This document shows, piece by piece, positions 33,106-42,862 of a DNA stretch of 64,000 nucleotides. How positions within the stretch are numbered: position 1 is the stretch's first letter; every line of letters starts with the position of its first letter. The notes beneath the pieces were generated by a model, which worked only from the letters and a program-made list of their open reading frames with translations, made no database searches and had not been told where the DNA came from. Both the position numbers and the translations under genes were made by a program. The stretch is from the NCBI GenBank assembly GCA_015492645.1, contig WGER01000044.1:12046-76045 (forward strand). Reading direction: 5' to 3'. The DNA is from Nitrospirota bacterium. GTDB lineage: Bacteria > Nitrospirota > Thermodesulfovibrionia > Thermodesulfovibrionales > JdFR-85.

Positions 33106-34391
33106 AAAACAGGATTATGGTTGTTGATGACGATCTTGAGATGAGGCAGGCCCTGGCAGAGGCGATTGGCAGAATGGGTTACAGTGTGGACGCCTATGAG
33201 ACGGCCGAGGATGCCCTTATGGCAGTGAAAGAACGGGATTATCTCTTAGTGATAACAGACATGAAGATGCCCGGGATGGATGGGGTGTCATTTCTCCGAC
33301 AGGTAAGGCAGCGGGCAGGAAATGTGCCTGTCATTATCATAACGGGTTACGGAACTGTGGAGAGTGCCGTTGAGGCTATGAAGGAAGGGGCGACTGACTA
33401 TCTGATGAAGCCCTTTTCCTTTGAGACACTGAAGAGGGCGATAGATTCGGTCTCAAGACGGGCCCCTTTAAATAGACAGATTATAACCTCCAATGCAGAG
33501 ATGAATCGTATACTTCTGCTTGCTGAAAGCATAGCCCGGACCGATATAACCGTCTTGATAACAGGAGAAAGCGGCACGGGTAAGGAACTGCTCGCAAGAT
33601 ACATTCATCAGAGGAGCAACAGGGCAAACAGGCCCTTTGTTGCCATAAACTGTGCTGCCATACCTGAGAGCCTCCTGGAGTCCGAACTGTTCGGATATGA
33701 GAAGGGAGCATTCACTGGTGCCGTGCAGACAAGAAGAGGAAAGTTCGAAATCGCCCAGGGTGGCACCCTCCTCCTGGACGAGATAGGGGAGATGCCCCTA
33801 CAACTGCAGGCCAAGTTGCTACGTGTCCTTCAGGAAAAAGAGATAGAGAGACTTGGCAGTTCAAGACCGATTAAGATAGATGTGAGGATTATAGCGACCA
33901 CAAACAGGGACCTGAAGAGTGAGTGTCTTGAGGGAAGGTTCAGGGAAGACCTTTACTACAGATTGAATGTCTTTCCATTGAACCTTCCGCCACTGAGGCA
34001 GAGGCAGGAAGACATACCTCTTCTGGCAGAGCACTTCTTAGAGAAATTTTCTCAGGAAGCAAAAAAGCAGATAAGAGGGTTCACCAGTAAAGCGATGCAA
34101 TGCCTGCTTTCTAATGCTTGGAGGGGGAATGTGAGGGAACTGGAGAATGTGGTTCAGAGGGCAGTTCTGCTCTGTAGGGGTGAGTACATAGATGTTGGAG
34201 ACCTTATGCTGGAAAGGGAGGATCTGAAGACCTCCTCCTGGGGAAGTATCAAAGAGATGGAAAGGGAACTGATCCTGGATGCCCTGAGGAGAACGAACGG
34301 AAACAGAACAAAGGCTGCAAGAATACTCGGCATAAGCGTTAGGACCCTTAGAAACAAATTAAAGGAGTATGGAAAAAACTTCCATAGGTGA
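33102..34391 (+). CDS. Sigma-54-dependent response regulator (FlrC/FleR-like)
   Basis: Receiver, AAA+ domain with GESGTGKE and GAFTGA, and HTH (NRTKAARILGISVRTL). The ATG at 33102 overlaps the kinase stop (ATGA). Confidence 0.9.
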   Translation: MKNRIMVVDDDLEMRQALAEAIGRMGYSVDAYETAEDALMAVKERDYLLVITDMKMPGMDGVSFLRQVRQRAGNVPVIIITGYGTVESAVEAMKEGATDYLMKPFSFETLKRAIDSVSRRAPLNRQIITSNAEMNRILLLAESIARTDITVLITGESGTGKELLARYIHQRSNRANRPFVAINCAAIPESLLESELFGYEKGAFTGAVQTRRGKFEIAQGGTLLLDEIGEMPLQLQAKLLRVLQEKEIERLGSSRPIKIDVRIIATTNRDLKSECLEGRFREDLYYRLNVFPLNLPPLRQRQEDIPLLAEHFLEKFSQEAKKQIRGFTSKAMQCLLSNAWRGNVRELENVVQRAVLLCRGEYIDVGDLMLEREDLKTSSWGSIKEMERELILDALRRTNGNRTKAARILGISVRTLRNKLKEYGKNFHR

Positions 34392-34446
34392 ATTCTATTT
34401 CAGGCTGCTGGAAGGTGATTTACTCTACAGCAGAGAAAGTCAGAAC

Positions 34447-34462
34447 TGGCACAAAATTTGAA
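34447..34462 (+). promoter_or_regulatory. Sigma-54-type promoter upstream of flgB (TGGCAC-N5-TTGAA)
   Basis: TGGCACAAAATTTGAA, 30 nt before the ATG at 34477. The -12 element has A instead of the consensus C. Confidence 0.5.
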
Positions 34463-34476
34463 TAGGGGTGAGAGAA

Positions 34477-34839
34477 ATGGACGAACTCAGGAGTCTCGAA
34501 TCGTTTATAAGGCTTACCCTTAAAAGGCACGGAGTCATAGCCTCCAACATCGCAAATGTGGAGACACCTGGATACCGTGCAAGGGACCTGAGGTTCAGGG
34601 TTCAACTGGAGGATGAGATGCTTAAGTTGAAGGTTACAGACCCTAAGCATATAAGACCTGCAGAGATTAACACTTCTGCACTGGTTGAGGTGGCTGAGGA
34701 CAGGGCCTGGAAGGACCTCAATAATGTGGAACTGGATAGAGAGGTGACGAAGATGATCGAAAATTCAATACTGTTTCAGGCAGGCATAAACCTGCTTTCT
34801 TCAAAGATCAGGATGTTTAAGAACGCATTGAGGAGGTGA
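34477..34839 (+). CDS. flgB: Flagellar proximal rod protein FlgB
   Basis: GVIASNIANVETPGY motif. ATG at 34477; the ORF-track GTG at 34468 is also possible. Confidence 0.9.
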   Translation: MDELRSLESFIRLTLKRHGVIASNIANVETPGYRARDLRFRVQLEDEMLKLKVTDPKHIRPAEINTSALVEVAEDRAWKDLNNVELDREVTKMIENSILFQAGINLLSSKIRMFKNALRR

Positions 34840-34842
34840 GGG

Positions 34843-35253
34843 ATGGAGATTTCAGCACTGTTTAAGGTGATCGCCTCTGCGCTCGAGGCCCAGAGGAAGA
34901 GGATGAATGTAATTGTCTCTAATATGGCTAACGCCCATACCACCAGGACAGCAGGGGGAGGGCCTTACAGGCGCAAGGATGTGGTGTTTGTGCCTGAGGA
35001 GGTGGTGGAGGGAGACGAGACGCTCTCCGGGGTGAGGATGCTACAGGTGGTTGAGGATCCCTCTCCATTCAAGGTGATCTACAACCCCGGACATCCTGAT
35101 GCAGACAGTAACGGGTATGTAAGGCTACCGAATGTGGATGTCCTTGAGGAGATGGTAAATATGATGATGAGTTTGAGGTCTTATGAGGCATCAATCAGTG
35201 CACTCAATACATACAAGGGTATGCTTATGAAGACCTTAGAGATAGGGAGGTAG
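34843..35253 (+). CDS. flgC: Flagellar rod protein FlgC
   Basis: MNVIVSNMANAHTT...GPYRRK and the C-terminal SLRSYEASISA motif. Confidence 0.9.
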   Translation: MEISALFKVIASALEAQRKRMNVIVSNMANAHTTRTAGGGPYRRKDVVFVPEEVVEGDETLSGVRMLQVVEDPSPFKVIYNPGHPDADSNGYVRLPNVDVLEEMVNMMMSLRSYEASISALNTYKGMLMKTLEIGR

Positions 35254-35255
35254 TC

Positions 35256-35543
35256 ATGTCCTCTGTTAGACAGGTATCCCCATTGATACCAGAGACCCTC
35301 AAGGGGCTTGGCAGTCAGGAGAGTCAGAAGGAGGGATTTGAGAGGGTTCTGAAAGAGACAATTGGCAGGCTACAACAGATCCAGACAGATGCAGAGAAGG
35401 CAATAAAGGAACTGATTTCAGGTGGTGATGTGGTTGAGGCAGTTGTCTCAATGCAGAAGGCGGAGTTGTCATTTCAGTTGATGGTGGAGGTGAGGAACAG
35501 ACTCCTTAATGCCTACGAAGAGATACAGAGGATGCAGGTCTGA
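35256..35543 (+). CDS. fliE: Flagellar hook-basal body protein FliE
   Basis: 95 aa. The C-terminal VVSMQKAELSFQLMVEVRNRLLNAYEEIQRMQV is typical of FliE. Confidence 0.85.
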   Translation: MSSVRQVSPLIPETLKGLGSQESQKEGFERVLKETIGRLQQIQTDAEKAIKELISGGDVVEAVVSMQKAELSFQLMVEVRNRLLNAYEEIQRMQV

Positions 35544-37069
35544 TGGCATCGGCCTCTGAGATAGCAGGCAGGTTCAGGTCCCTTCCGAAGAGGCAGAAGG
35601 TCGCCCTTGCCGTTGCACTGACCCTCGCCATCGCCTCTGTCATCTTCCTTGTTGCATGGACGGGCAGGACAGAGTACAAGAGCCTTTATTCCAATCTTAC
35701 AGAAGAGGATAGAGCCCTGATAGAGCAGAGGCTCCGTGAGATGGGAGTTCCCTATAAGGTCACCTCCACAGGGATAATGGTCCCCTCAGACAGGCTCTAC
35801 CCGTTGAGACTGAAGTTGGCATCTGAGGGGCTCCCCCAAGCCGGAGTAGTTGGCTTTGAGATCTTTGACAAGACAAACTTCACCATGACCGATTTCCTCC
35901 AGAAGGTGAACTACCAGAGGGCGTTGCAGGGGGAACTGTCAAGGACGATACAGGCCCTGTCAGAGGTCCAGCAGTGCAGGGTCCACCTGAGTCTGCCTGA
36001 GAAGACTCTGTTTGGTGAGGAGGAAAGGCCGAAGGCCTCTGTGGTCCTGAAACTGAGACCAGGTGTTCGCCTGTCAAAGAAACAGATTCAGGGTATCGTC
36101 CACCTTGTGGCCAGCAGTGTGGAGGGGCTGACACCTCAGGATGTAACGATTATCGACAGCAGGGGTAACCTGCTGACCAGACCACGGGGGGAGGACTTCG
36201 TGACCATGACCGCCTCACAACTGGAATTTCAGAACCTGGTGGAAAGATACCTGGAAGACAAGATAGTGGGGCTACTGGAGCCTGTGGTGGGCGATGGAAA
36301 GGTGAGGGCAAAGGTCTCTACATCACTGGACTTTACAAAGATTGAAAAGAGGGAGGAACTCTATGACCCTGATAGTCAAGTTGCCAGGAGTGAACAGAAA
36401 AAGACGGAGAAGTCCACAAAGACTCCCGCAGGCGGGGTCCCAGGAGTAAAGTCAAACCTGCCCGCCAGTCCTTTCGGGGTCTCCGGACAGACTGGATACA
36501 CCGAAAGAAAGAACGAGATCATAAACTACGAGATAAGCAAGGTGGTCAGGCACCTGATAAGCCCACCAGGTACAATAAAGAGAATAACAGCGGTGGTACT
36601 TGTGGACGGGAAATACAAGGCAGAAGGTGGTGACCAGCAGTATATTCCAAGGACCAAGGAGGAGTTGGAGAGTTTTGAGGAGATGGTGAAAAAGGCGATT
36701 GGCTATGACGAGAAGAGGGGGGACGAGGTGAAGGTAGTGAATCTACCATTTGGGGCAGAAAGGGCTGTGGAACCGACACCTGTGCCTGAGAGGAAACTCA
36801 TTCCAGATGTGGTCTTCACACTGTTGAGATACCTGATACCGGTACTTGTGGTGCTCATGGTGTTGCTGTTTGTGGTGAGACCCCTGGTGAAGGTCCTTAC
36901 CACGCCGCCACCAACAGTAAGACCTCCTTCAGGGATGCCGATGAGGGTGGAGGAGGTAGAGAGAATGATGTTGCCAGAGGGTGCCTCTAAGGAACAAGTG
37001 GTGGAGTGGGCGAGGAGGAATCCCCAGAAGGCAGCGCAGTTAGTGAAGTACTGGCTTGAAGAGGGGTAA
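35543..37069 (+). CDS. fliF: Flagellar MS-ring protein FliF
   Basis: N-terminal TM, YscJ/FliF ring-building motifs (ALQGELSRTI), a second TM near the C-terminus. 508 aa. Confidence 0.9.
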   Translation: MASASEIAGRFRSLPKRQKVALAVALTLAIASVIFLVAWTGRTEYKSLYSNLTEEDRALIEQRLREMGVPYKVTSTGIMVPSDRLYPLRLKLASEGLPQAGVVGFEIFDKTNFTMTDFLQKVNYQRALQGELSRTIQALSEVQQCRVHLSLPEKTLFGEEERPKASVVLKLRPGVRLSKKQIQGIVHLVASSVEGLTPQDVTIIDSRGNLLTRPRGEDFVTMTASQLEFQNLVERYLEDKIVGLLEPVVGDGKVRAKVSTSLDFTKIEKREELYDPDSQVARSEQKKTEKSTKTPAGGVPGVKSNLPASPFGVSGQTGYTERKNEIINYEISKVVRHLISPPGTIKRITAVVLVDGKYKAEGGDQQYIPRTKEELESFEEMVKKAIGYDEKRGDEVKVVNLPFGAERAVEPTPVPERKLIPDVVFTLLRYLIPVLVVLMVLLFVVRPLVKVLTTPPPTVRPPSGMPMRVEEVERMMLPEGASKEQVVEWARRNPQKAAQLVKYWLEEG

Positions 37070-37070
37070 T

Positions 37071-38027
37071 ATGGGGCTTACAGGGCAGGAGAAGGCGTCC
37101 ATCTTTCTCATCTCCCTCGGGGAGGAGATAGCCACCGAGGTCCTCAGGATACTGGACCCGGAGGATGTAAGGACACTCATGAACCACATGAAGCGGATGA
37201 AGAGGGTGAGGTCCCTTGAGATAAAGGAGGTTATGAAGGAGGCAGCGGAACTGCTTGCCAAAGGTGAGATCCCTCTCAGTGGGATAGAATTCACAAAGAA
37301 CATTCTTTCAAGGGGGCTGCCGATGGAGGGGATCTCTGAGGATGAATCGGCAGGCCCTCTGGATTCCCTTGATGATGTGAAGGCCCTTCTGCCCTTTATA
37401 AGACAGGAACATCCACAGGTTATAGCGGTTCTGCTTTCGCTACTTCCCACCCGGAAGGCGGCGGAACTCCTTGAACTCCTACCCGAGAATATGAAGTCAG
37501 AGGTGTGTATAAGGATTGCAAGCATGGAGAAGATATCCGAAGAGGCATTGGAGGAACTCGCAGAGGTCCTGAAGACCAAGTTTGATCTTACACAGAGGCA
37601 CAAAAAGGCCCTTGAGGGGGAAAGGACACTGGCCGAGATCCTGAACAACTGTAAGAAGGAGGTGGAGGAGGAGATAATGGAGAAGATAGAGGAGCATGAC
37701 CCGGAACTCGCCGAATCAATAAGGGACAAGATGTTTGTCTTTGAAGACCTCATAAATATAGACGACAGGGGAATACAGATGCTCCTCAAAGAGGTCTCCA
37801 CAGAGGAACTCTCAGTAGCCCTCAAGACAGCCTCCGAGGCACTCAAGAACAAGATATTCAAGAACATGTCTCAGAGGGCATCACAGATTCTGAAGGATGA
37901 GATGGAAACGAGGGGTCCGGTCAGGGTCTCTGAGGTCCAGAAGGCTCAGAAGAACATCATCAAGATAGCAAGAAAACTTGAACAGGAGGGAAAAATAGTG
38001 ATTGGTAAAGGAGAGGACCTTGTATAA
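37071..38027 (+). CDS. fliG: Flagellar motor switch protein FliG
   Basis: LTGQEKASIFLISLGEE...; the C-terminal MSQRASQILKDEME torque-helix region. ATG lies 2 nt after the fliF stop. Confidence 0.9.
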   Translation: MGLTGQEKASIFLISLGEEIATEVLRILDPEDVRTLMNHMKRMKRVRSLEIKEVMKEAAELLAKGEIPLSGIEFTKNILSRGLPMEGISEDESAGPLDSLDDVKALLPFIRQEHPQVIAVLLSLLPTRKAAELLELLPENMKSEVCIRIASMEKISEEALEELAEVLKTKFDLTQRHKKALEGERTLAEILNNCKKEVEEEIMEKIEEHDPELAESIRDKMFVFEDLINIDDRGIQMLLKEVSTEELSVALKTASEALKNKIFKNMSQRASQILKDEMETRGPVRVSEVQKAQKNIIKIARKLEQEGKIVIGKGEDLV

Positions 38028-38625
38028 AAGAAATGTCATAACAAACAAAGATGTGGTCCCCTTTGAGTTGCCCGTCTTTGAGGAGATGTCTGGAGAGCAC
38101 ACCTCTCCATCTCCATCAGTAAGTGCTGAGAAGATAGAGAGACAGGCCTACGAGAAGGGGTTTGAGGCAGGTGAGAGGGCCGGATTTGAGATGGGACAGG
38201 CAAAGGTAAAGACCCTTGTAGAAAAGATAGAGGATGTGTTAAGGGAGATAATCAGGTTTAAGGACTCTCTGGTTACAGAAGTCCAGCCAATGGTGATAGA
38301 ACTTGCCGTTGCTATGGCAGAAAGGATAGTGATGAAGACAATCGACGAACATCCGGAACAGATAGTAGAGATTACAAAGGAGGCTTTTACAAGGCTTCAG
38401 AGGACAAAGGTTACCATAAGGATTCATCCCTCACTGAAAGGGGTTTTTGAGGCACATGCCCCTGAGATGTTTCATTTACACCCTGAGATAGCCTTTGAGA
38501 CCGATCCCTCACTGGGATTATACGAGGCAAAGATAGAGGGTGAGTTTGAGGAGGTCCATTTTGACATTCATGAGGAGATAAAGACACTGATAAGAGAGAT
38601 GCTTGAGCGGAGGACAGATGATTGA
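38020..38625 (+). CDS. fliH: Flagellar export apparatus protein FliH
   Basis: Position between fliG and fliI, with a YEKGFEAGERAGFEMG motif. The start is uncertain: TTG 38020 has a GGAG RBS; alternatives are TTG 38002 or ATG 38086. Confidence 0.7.
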   Translation: MYKRNVITNKDVVPFELPVFEEMSGEHTSPSPSVSAEKIERQAYEKGFEAGERAGFEMGQAKVKTLVEKIEDVLREIIRFKDSLVTEVQPMVIELAVAMAERIVMKTIDEHPEQIVEITKEAFTRLQRTKVTIRIHPSLKGVFEAHAPEMFHLHPEIAFETDPSLGLYEAKIEGEFEEVHFDIHEEIKTLIREMLERRTDD

Positions 38626-39931
38626 CCTTTCAGGATATATAGAACGGGTAAAGGAGGTTGATCCTCTTAAGGTATACGGGAAGGTGCAGGAAGTCACGGG
38701 TATAGTGATTAAGGCATCGGGGTTGCAGACAAGCATAGGTGAGTCCTGCGAGATATTAACTGACGAAGGGGTCACAGAGGCCGAGGTGGTGGGATTTAAA
38801 AACGGCAGTGTTCTGTTAATGCCGTCTGCAGACCTGAAGGGTATAAGGCCAGGTTCAAGGGTATGGGCCACGAAAAAGAGACCCTTCATAAGGGTCTCCA
38901 ATGCCCTGAGAGGAAGGGTCTTAAATGAAAAGGGGAAGCCAATAGATGGAAAGGGTCCTGGAAATGGGACACCCTATCCCCTCACAGGCCGACCGATTAA
39001 CCCCCTGTTAAAGAGAAGGATTACCGAGCCCCTTGACCTCGGCATCAGGGTGATAAATGGACTTTTCACCTGTGGGAAGGGCCAGAGGATCGGGATTATG
39101 TCAGGTGCAGGGGTTGGCAAGAGCGTACTGCTGGGAATGATAGCCAGATACACAGAGGCAACTGTTAATGTCATTGCCCTGATAGGAGAGAGGAGCAGAG
39201 AGGTTAAGGAGTTTATTGATAAGGACCTCGGACAGGAGGGGCTCACGAGATCAGTGGTTGTGGTGGCAACAGCAGATCAGCCCCCCATAGCCAAGGTGAG
39301 GGCTGCCCTTACAGCCACTGCCATAGCAGAGTACTTCAGGGACAGGGGAGAGAATGTATTGCTCCTGATGGATTCACTCACCAGGGTGGCCCAGGCCCAG
39401 CGTGAGATCGGCCTGGCAGTGGGTGAGCCTCCAACAGTAAAGGGCTATACGCCCTCTGTATTCACCCTGATCCCGCAGTTACTGGAAAGGGTGGGGACCT
39501 CAGAACATAGTGGCACCATTACAGGAATCTATACCGTCCTGGTGGAGGGGGACGACAGCGTTGCAGACCCGATTGCAGACTCAGCAAAGGCGGTCCTGGA
39601 TGGACACATTGTGCTCTCAAGAGAACTTGCCTCTGAGGGTCTTTATCCGTCAGTGGATGTAATGCAGAGCATAAGCAGGGTTATGCCGGATATTGTGGAC
39701 CCTACCCATAGGCAGTATGCCCTTAAATTCGTGGAGACCTATTCTACTTACAAAAAATACGAGGACATGATAACGATTGGAGCCTACAAGGCAGGGTCTA
39801 ATCCAAAGGTGGACAAGGCGGTGGAGATGTACGACAGACTAAAGAGGTACATCAAACAGGACATAAATGAAAAGAGGGACCTTGCCGATAGCCTGCAGGC
39901 CCTCTATCTGCTGTTTGATACTGACAGATGA
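38618..39931 (+). CDS. fliI: Flagellum-specific ATPase FliI
   Basis: Walker A GAGVGKS, Walker B LLLMDSLTR, F1/T3SS ATPase family. The ATG at 38618 overlaps the fliH stop. Confidence 0.95.
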   Translation: MIDLSGYIERVKEVDPLKVYGKVQEVTGIVIKASGLQTSIGESCEILTDEGVTEAEVVGFKNGSVLLMPSADLKGIRPGSRVWATKKRPFIRVSNALRGRVLNEKGKPIDGKGPGNGTPYPLTGRPINPLLKRRITEPLDLGIRVINGLFTCGKGQRIGIMSGAGVGKSVLLGMIARYTEATVNVIALIGERSREVKEFIDKDLGQEGLTRSVVVVATADQPPIAKVRAALTATAIAEYFRDRGENVLLLMDSLTRVAQAQREIGLAVGEPPTVKGYTPSVFTLIPQLLERVGTSEHSGTITGIYTVLVEGDDSVADPIADSAKAVLDGHIVLSRELASEGLYPSVDVMQSISRVMPDIVDPTHRQYALKFVETYSTYKKYEDMITIGAYKAGSNPKVDKAVEMYDRLKRYIKQDINEKRDLADSLQALYLLFDTDR

Positions 39932-40368
39932 GGCAGGATAGACTGAATAGGCTGTTGAAGATCAGAGAGGCAAAGAGGGAAGAGAAGGAGATACAGATCA
40001 GAAGGATCAAGGATGAGATTGACAAGGAAATGGAGAACCTCAAAAGACTCAGGGGTGACCTCGAATATGTGATTGAGGGTTTTAACAGGTCAGTTCAGCA
40101 TGGTGAGGTCAATACAGCAGAGATCGACCTCCAGTATGGAATGCTCTTTGACATCACCAGGAGAATAAATAAACAGGTTCTGTTGCTTGAGGAGATGAAC
40201 AGAGAATATGAGTTTCATAAGGAGAGGTTAAGGGAACTGCATAAGGAGAAGAGGATGGTGGAGACTCTACTGCAGAGGGCAAGGAGGTTGGATTTAAAGA
40301 GACAACGACTGTCAGAGCAGCATTTACAGGACTTCAACAGTATTACCAAATCCCTGAGGGACATATGA
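39928..40368 (+). CDS. fliJ: Flagellar export chaperone-like FliJ
   Basis: 146-aa coiled-coil protein directly after fliI with an ATGA overlap. Confidence 0.7.
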   Translation: MRQDRLNRLLKIREAKREEKEIQIRRIKDEIDKEMENLKRLRGDLEYVIEGFNRSVQHGEVNTAEIDLQYGMLFDITRRINKQVLLLEEMNREYEFHKERLRELHKEKRMVETLLQRARRLDLKRQRLSEQHLQDFNSITKSLRDI

Positions 40369-40829
40369 AAAAGGCCTTCTGTGCCTTGGTGATTCTCCTG
40401 TTTACTCAGGTGGCATTTGCTGAGGATGACCTCCTGCAGGCTTTGAAGCAGAGACAGTCCCAGATAGAAGAGAGGGAGAAGCAGATGCTCTTACAGGAAC
40501 AGAGACTCAAGATACTGAAAGAGGACCTGGAGACGAAGATTCAGAGATATGAGAGGCTGCTGGAGCAACTGCAGAGGGTTCTGAAGGAGATACAGAACCT
40601 CAGAAGGGAAAACCTCCAGCACCTCGTGAAGACCTACGAGGCGATGCCACCTGAGGATGCTGCAGTGAGGCTTTCGGCCCTCGATGACAGGACAGCAGTG
40701 GCGATTCTCAGAATGATGAGGCCCAGGAGGGCGGCAGCCGTACTGGCACAGATGCAGCCCAGAAAGGCGATCAAGATCACAAAAGGACTGACCAGATTAC
40801 CAAAGGTGAAAAATCTTCCTGTAAGGTAA
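40365..40829 (+). CDS. MotE/YlxF(FlbB)-like flagellar protein (MgtE_N-type domain)
   Basis: Signal/anchor peptide, coiled coil, then YEAMPPEDAAVRLSALDDRTAVAILRMMRPRRAAAVLAQM, typical of the MgtE_N/MotE family. Position before fliK. Confidence 0.6.
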   Translation: MKKAFCALVILLFTQVAFAEDDLLQALKQRQSQIEEREKQMLLQEQRLKILKEDLETKIQRYERLLEQLQRVLKEIQNLRRENLQHLVKTYEAMPPEDAAVRLSALDDRTAVAILRMMRPRRAAAVLAQMQPRKAIKITKGLTRLPKVKNLPVR

Positions 40830-40899
40830 AAATTTCCTCTCTCTGCCAAGGGTATCCGTTAAGAATTCCTAAAATACTGGTTTTTTCGCCTATCTCATC

Positions 40900-40915
40900 T
40901 GGCACGTTTATTGAT
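40900..40915 (+). promoter_or_regulatory. Sigma-54-type promoter upstream of fliK (TGGCAC-N5-TTGAT)
   Basis: TGGCACGTTTATTGAT, 29 nt before the ATG at 40929. Confidence 0.45.
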
Positions 40916-40928
40916 TACATGTACTGTG

Positions 40929-42203
40929 ATGGAATTCTCCCTGTGGATAGGGATTGCCCCTCCAGTAGCAGAGGCCTTAAAGGCAGGTTCAGAGACTGTC
41001 CTTCCGTTTCAGATAGTGGTTGGTGAGATTAAAGAAATCCAAATGCCTGTGTCTGAGGAGTCCCATGCTGAAGACGGAGAGCCAACCAGAAGACATAGCA
41101 CCAACTACAACCTGATAGGGGTACAGAACATCCACCTTCCACAGCATCCTTCTGACACCCCTTCCATGTATTTACTGCCGGGGCAACCATATGTTTCAGT
41201 GAAGTCCAGAAATACATCTACACCATCGACCGCTGAAAAGAAGGAAATGGGAACCAGATCCATTGAACCAACAGGTATGGAGGAGGATCCATCTCACCAG
41301 TGGACGCCTTTGCCATTTGGTGGACCAAAGGAAGTCAAAAATTTGAAGGAGAGGCATCTTTCTCCCCTGCCAGAAGGACCACACAACAATGGAGGTGATA
41401 CAACAGTTGTGGATAATGGGACAGCCAGGGTGCAGGGGGGGGCAAAGGTCAGATGGCAAGTGATTTACTCTGAAGACAAGGATGCCAGGGTATCTGAAAT
41501 TACATATCTCTACAGGACCTCCAAAGACCCTGCAGGGAGGCCAGAGAGTGTCAGCCCTGTTCAGGACACATCCGAAAAAGTGGTTGAAAACAGACCATTG
41601 CAAAGGGATGCCACCTCAATGATGGTGGGCTACTGTACTCCACAGCCAGACAGGAAGGGGCTGTCTGAGGGTAAAGTAGGGACTGATCTGGACCACCCTC
41701 TTTCCATACAGTTAGAGCAGGAAGACAAGAGACTCCAAGAGGTGGAGCCGACAAGGAATGTTTCTCAGCACTACCCAAAGGAGCATTTTGAGAATCATCT
41801 TGACTTGCCCGACGAAGGGAGACTTCCTCTAAAAGAGGAGGGAAGTGTCCAGAAGAGTCCACAGGTAATTTTGGACAGAGACAACCCAAACAGGATAGAC
41901 CTCCATGTGGAACATGACGAACTCGGCAGAGTGCACATCAGGCTTTCTCATCAGAACGGTGCAGTGGAGGGGAAGATATATGTGTTTGATAGTGCCTCAC
42001 TGGACTTCATGGGTAAGGCCCTTTACCAGATAGTAACGGATTTGACTCAGGAGGGCATCAATGTGGGGGACTTTTCTCTCCTCTTAAAAAACAGAGATGG
42101 ACATCCAGATCGGGATAGAAGGAAGGAACAGAGATTTATCAGACCTCCAGAGGCTGAAATTGATCCACTTAATAGAAACCATCTGATCAGTATCATAGTC
42201 TGA
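40929..42203 (+). CDS. fliK: Flagellar hook-length control protein FliK
   Basis: C-terminal Flg_hook-like domain (IDLHVEHDELGRVHIRLSHQNGAVEGKIYV...LTQEGINVGDFSL). Position before flgD. The start codon is uncertain. Confidence 0.65.
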   Translation: MEFSLWIGIAPPVAEALKAGSETVLPFQIVVGEIKEIQMPVSEESHAEDGEPTRRHSTNYNLIGVQNIHLPQHPSDTPSMYLLPGQPYVSVKSRNTSTPSTAEKKEMGTRSIEPTGMEEDPSHQWTPLPFGGPKEVKNLKERHLSPLPEGPHNNGGDTTVVDNGTARVQGGAKVRWQVIYSEDKDARVSEITYLYRTSKDPAGRPESVSPVQDTSEKVVENRPLQRDATSMMVGYCTPQPDRKGLSEGKVGTDLDHPLSIQLEQEDKRLQEVEPTRNVSQHYPKEHFENHLDLPDEGRLPLKEEGSVQKSPQVILDRDNPNRIDLHVEHDELGRVHIRLSHQNGAVEGKIYVFDSASLDFMGKALYQIVTDLTQEGINVGDFSLLLKNRDGHPDRDRRKEQRFIRPPEAEIDPLNRNHLISIIV

Positions 42204-42217
42204 AGGAGGTGCGTTGT

Positions 42218-42862
42218 ATGGAGATTACCAGCATAGGTGTAAACACCGACACGGAAGCACAGAAGAATAACCCCTTGAGGGATGAGTTCCTAAGGCTCTT
42301 TGTGACGCAGTTGAGGTACCAGGACCCTCTGAGTCCCTTGGACAGTAAGGACATGACCGCCCAACTTGCCCAATTCAGTTCACTTGAACAGTTGCAGTAC
42401 ATCAAGATGCAGTTGGCTGATTTGTTGCTGTTCCAGAACTCCCTCCAGAACACCCTCACCGTTTCCCTCATAGGAAGGGAGGTGTCTGTTGAGGGGGACA
42501 CTATCTCGCTTGATGTCTCAAAGGAGATAAGGTTCAGACTCAGTGCACCTGCAGAGAAGGTAAAAATCCAGATATACGATTCCTCAGGCAATCTCGTGAG
42601 GGAGGTGAATCTGGGGAGGTGTTCTGAGGGGGAAAACACCTATACATGGGATGGTTATGACAACTCAGGGAATCCACTGCCTGATGGACTCTACAGGTTC
42701 TCAGTAGAGGCGTACGATCAGGAAGGCTCCACCGTAGAGGTTCAGACATTTAAGACGGCACGGGTCACCGCCGTCACATTCCAAGACAATATCACCTATC
42801 TTGTGTTGGATGATGGAACAAAGGTCCAACTCAATGAAATCCTCAGTATAGGAGGTGTATGA
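42218..42862 (+). CDS. flgD: Flagellar hook capping/assembly protein FlgD
   Basis: FLRLFVTQLRYQDPLSPLDSKDMTAQLAQFSSLEQ motif. The ATG at 42218 lies 8 nt after AGGAGG. Confidence 0.9.
   Translation: MEITSIGVNTDTEAQKNNPLRDEFLRLFVTQLRYQDPLSPLDSKDMTAQLAQFSSLEQLQYIKMQLADLLLFQNSLQNTLTVSLIGREVSVEGDTISLDVSKEIRFRLSAPAEKVKIQIYDSSGNLVREVNLGRCSEGENTYTWDGYDNSGNPLPDGLYRFSVEAYDQEGSTVEVQTFKTARVTAVTFQDNITYLVLDDGTKVQLNEILSIGGV

Noticed and set aside
37040-37867. 275-aa ORF antisense to fliG.
   Set aside because: It is Ser/Ile-rich and low in complexity, has no RBS, and is entirely mirrored by a well-conserved fliG frame. This is a typical shadow ORF produced by GAG/GAA/AAG-rich sense codons.
39864-39891. Sigma-28-like TAAATG-N14-GCCGATAG inside the fliI 3' end, upstream of fliJ.
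   Set aside because: The -35 box is imperfect, the spacing is one nt longer than in the two convincing sites, and it lies deep within a translationally coupled operon. A chance match is likely.
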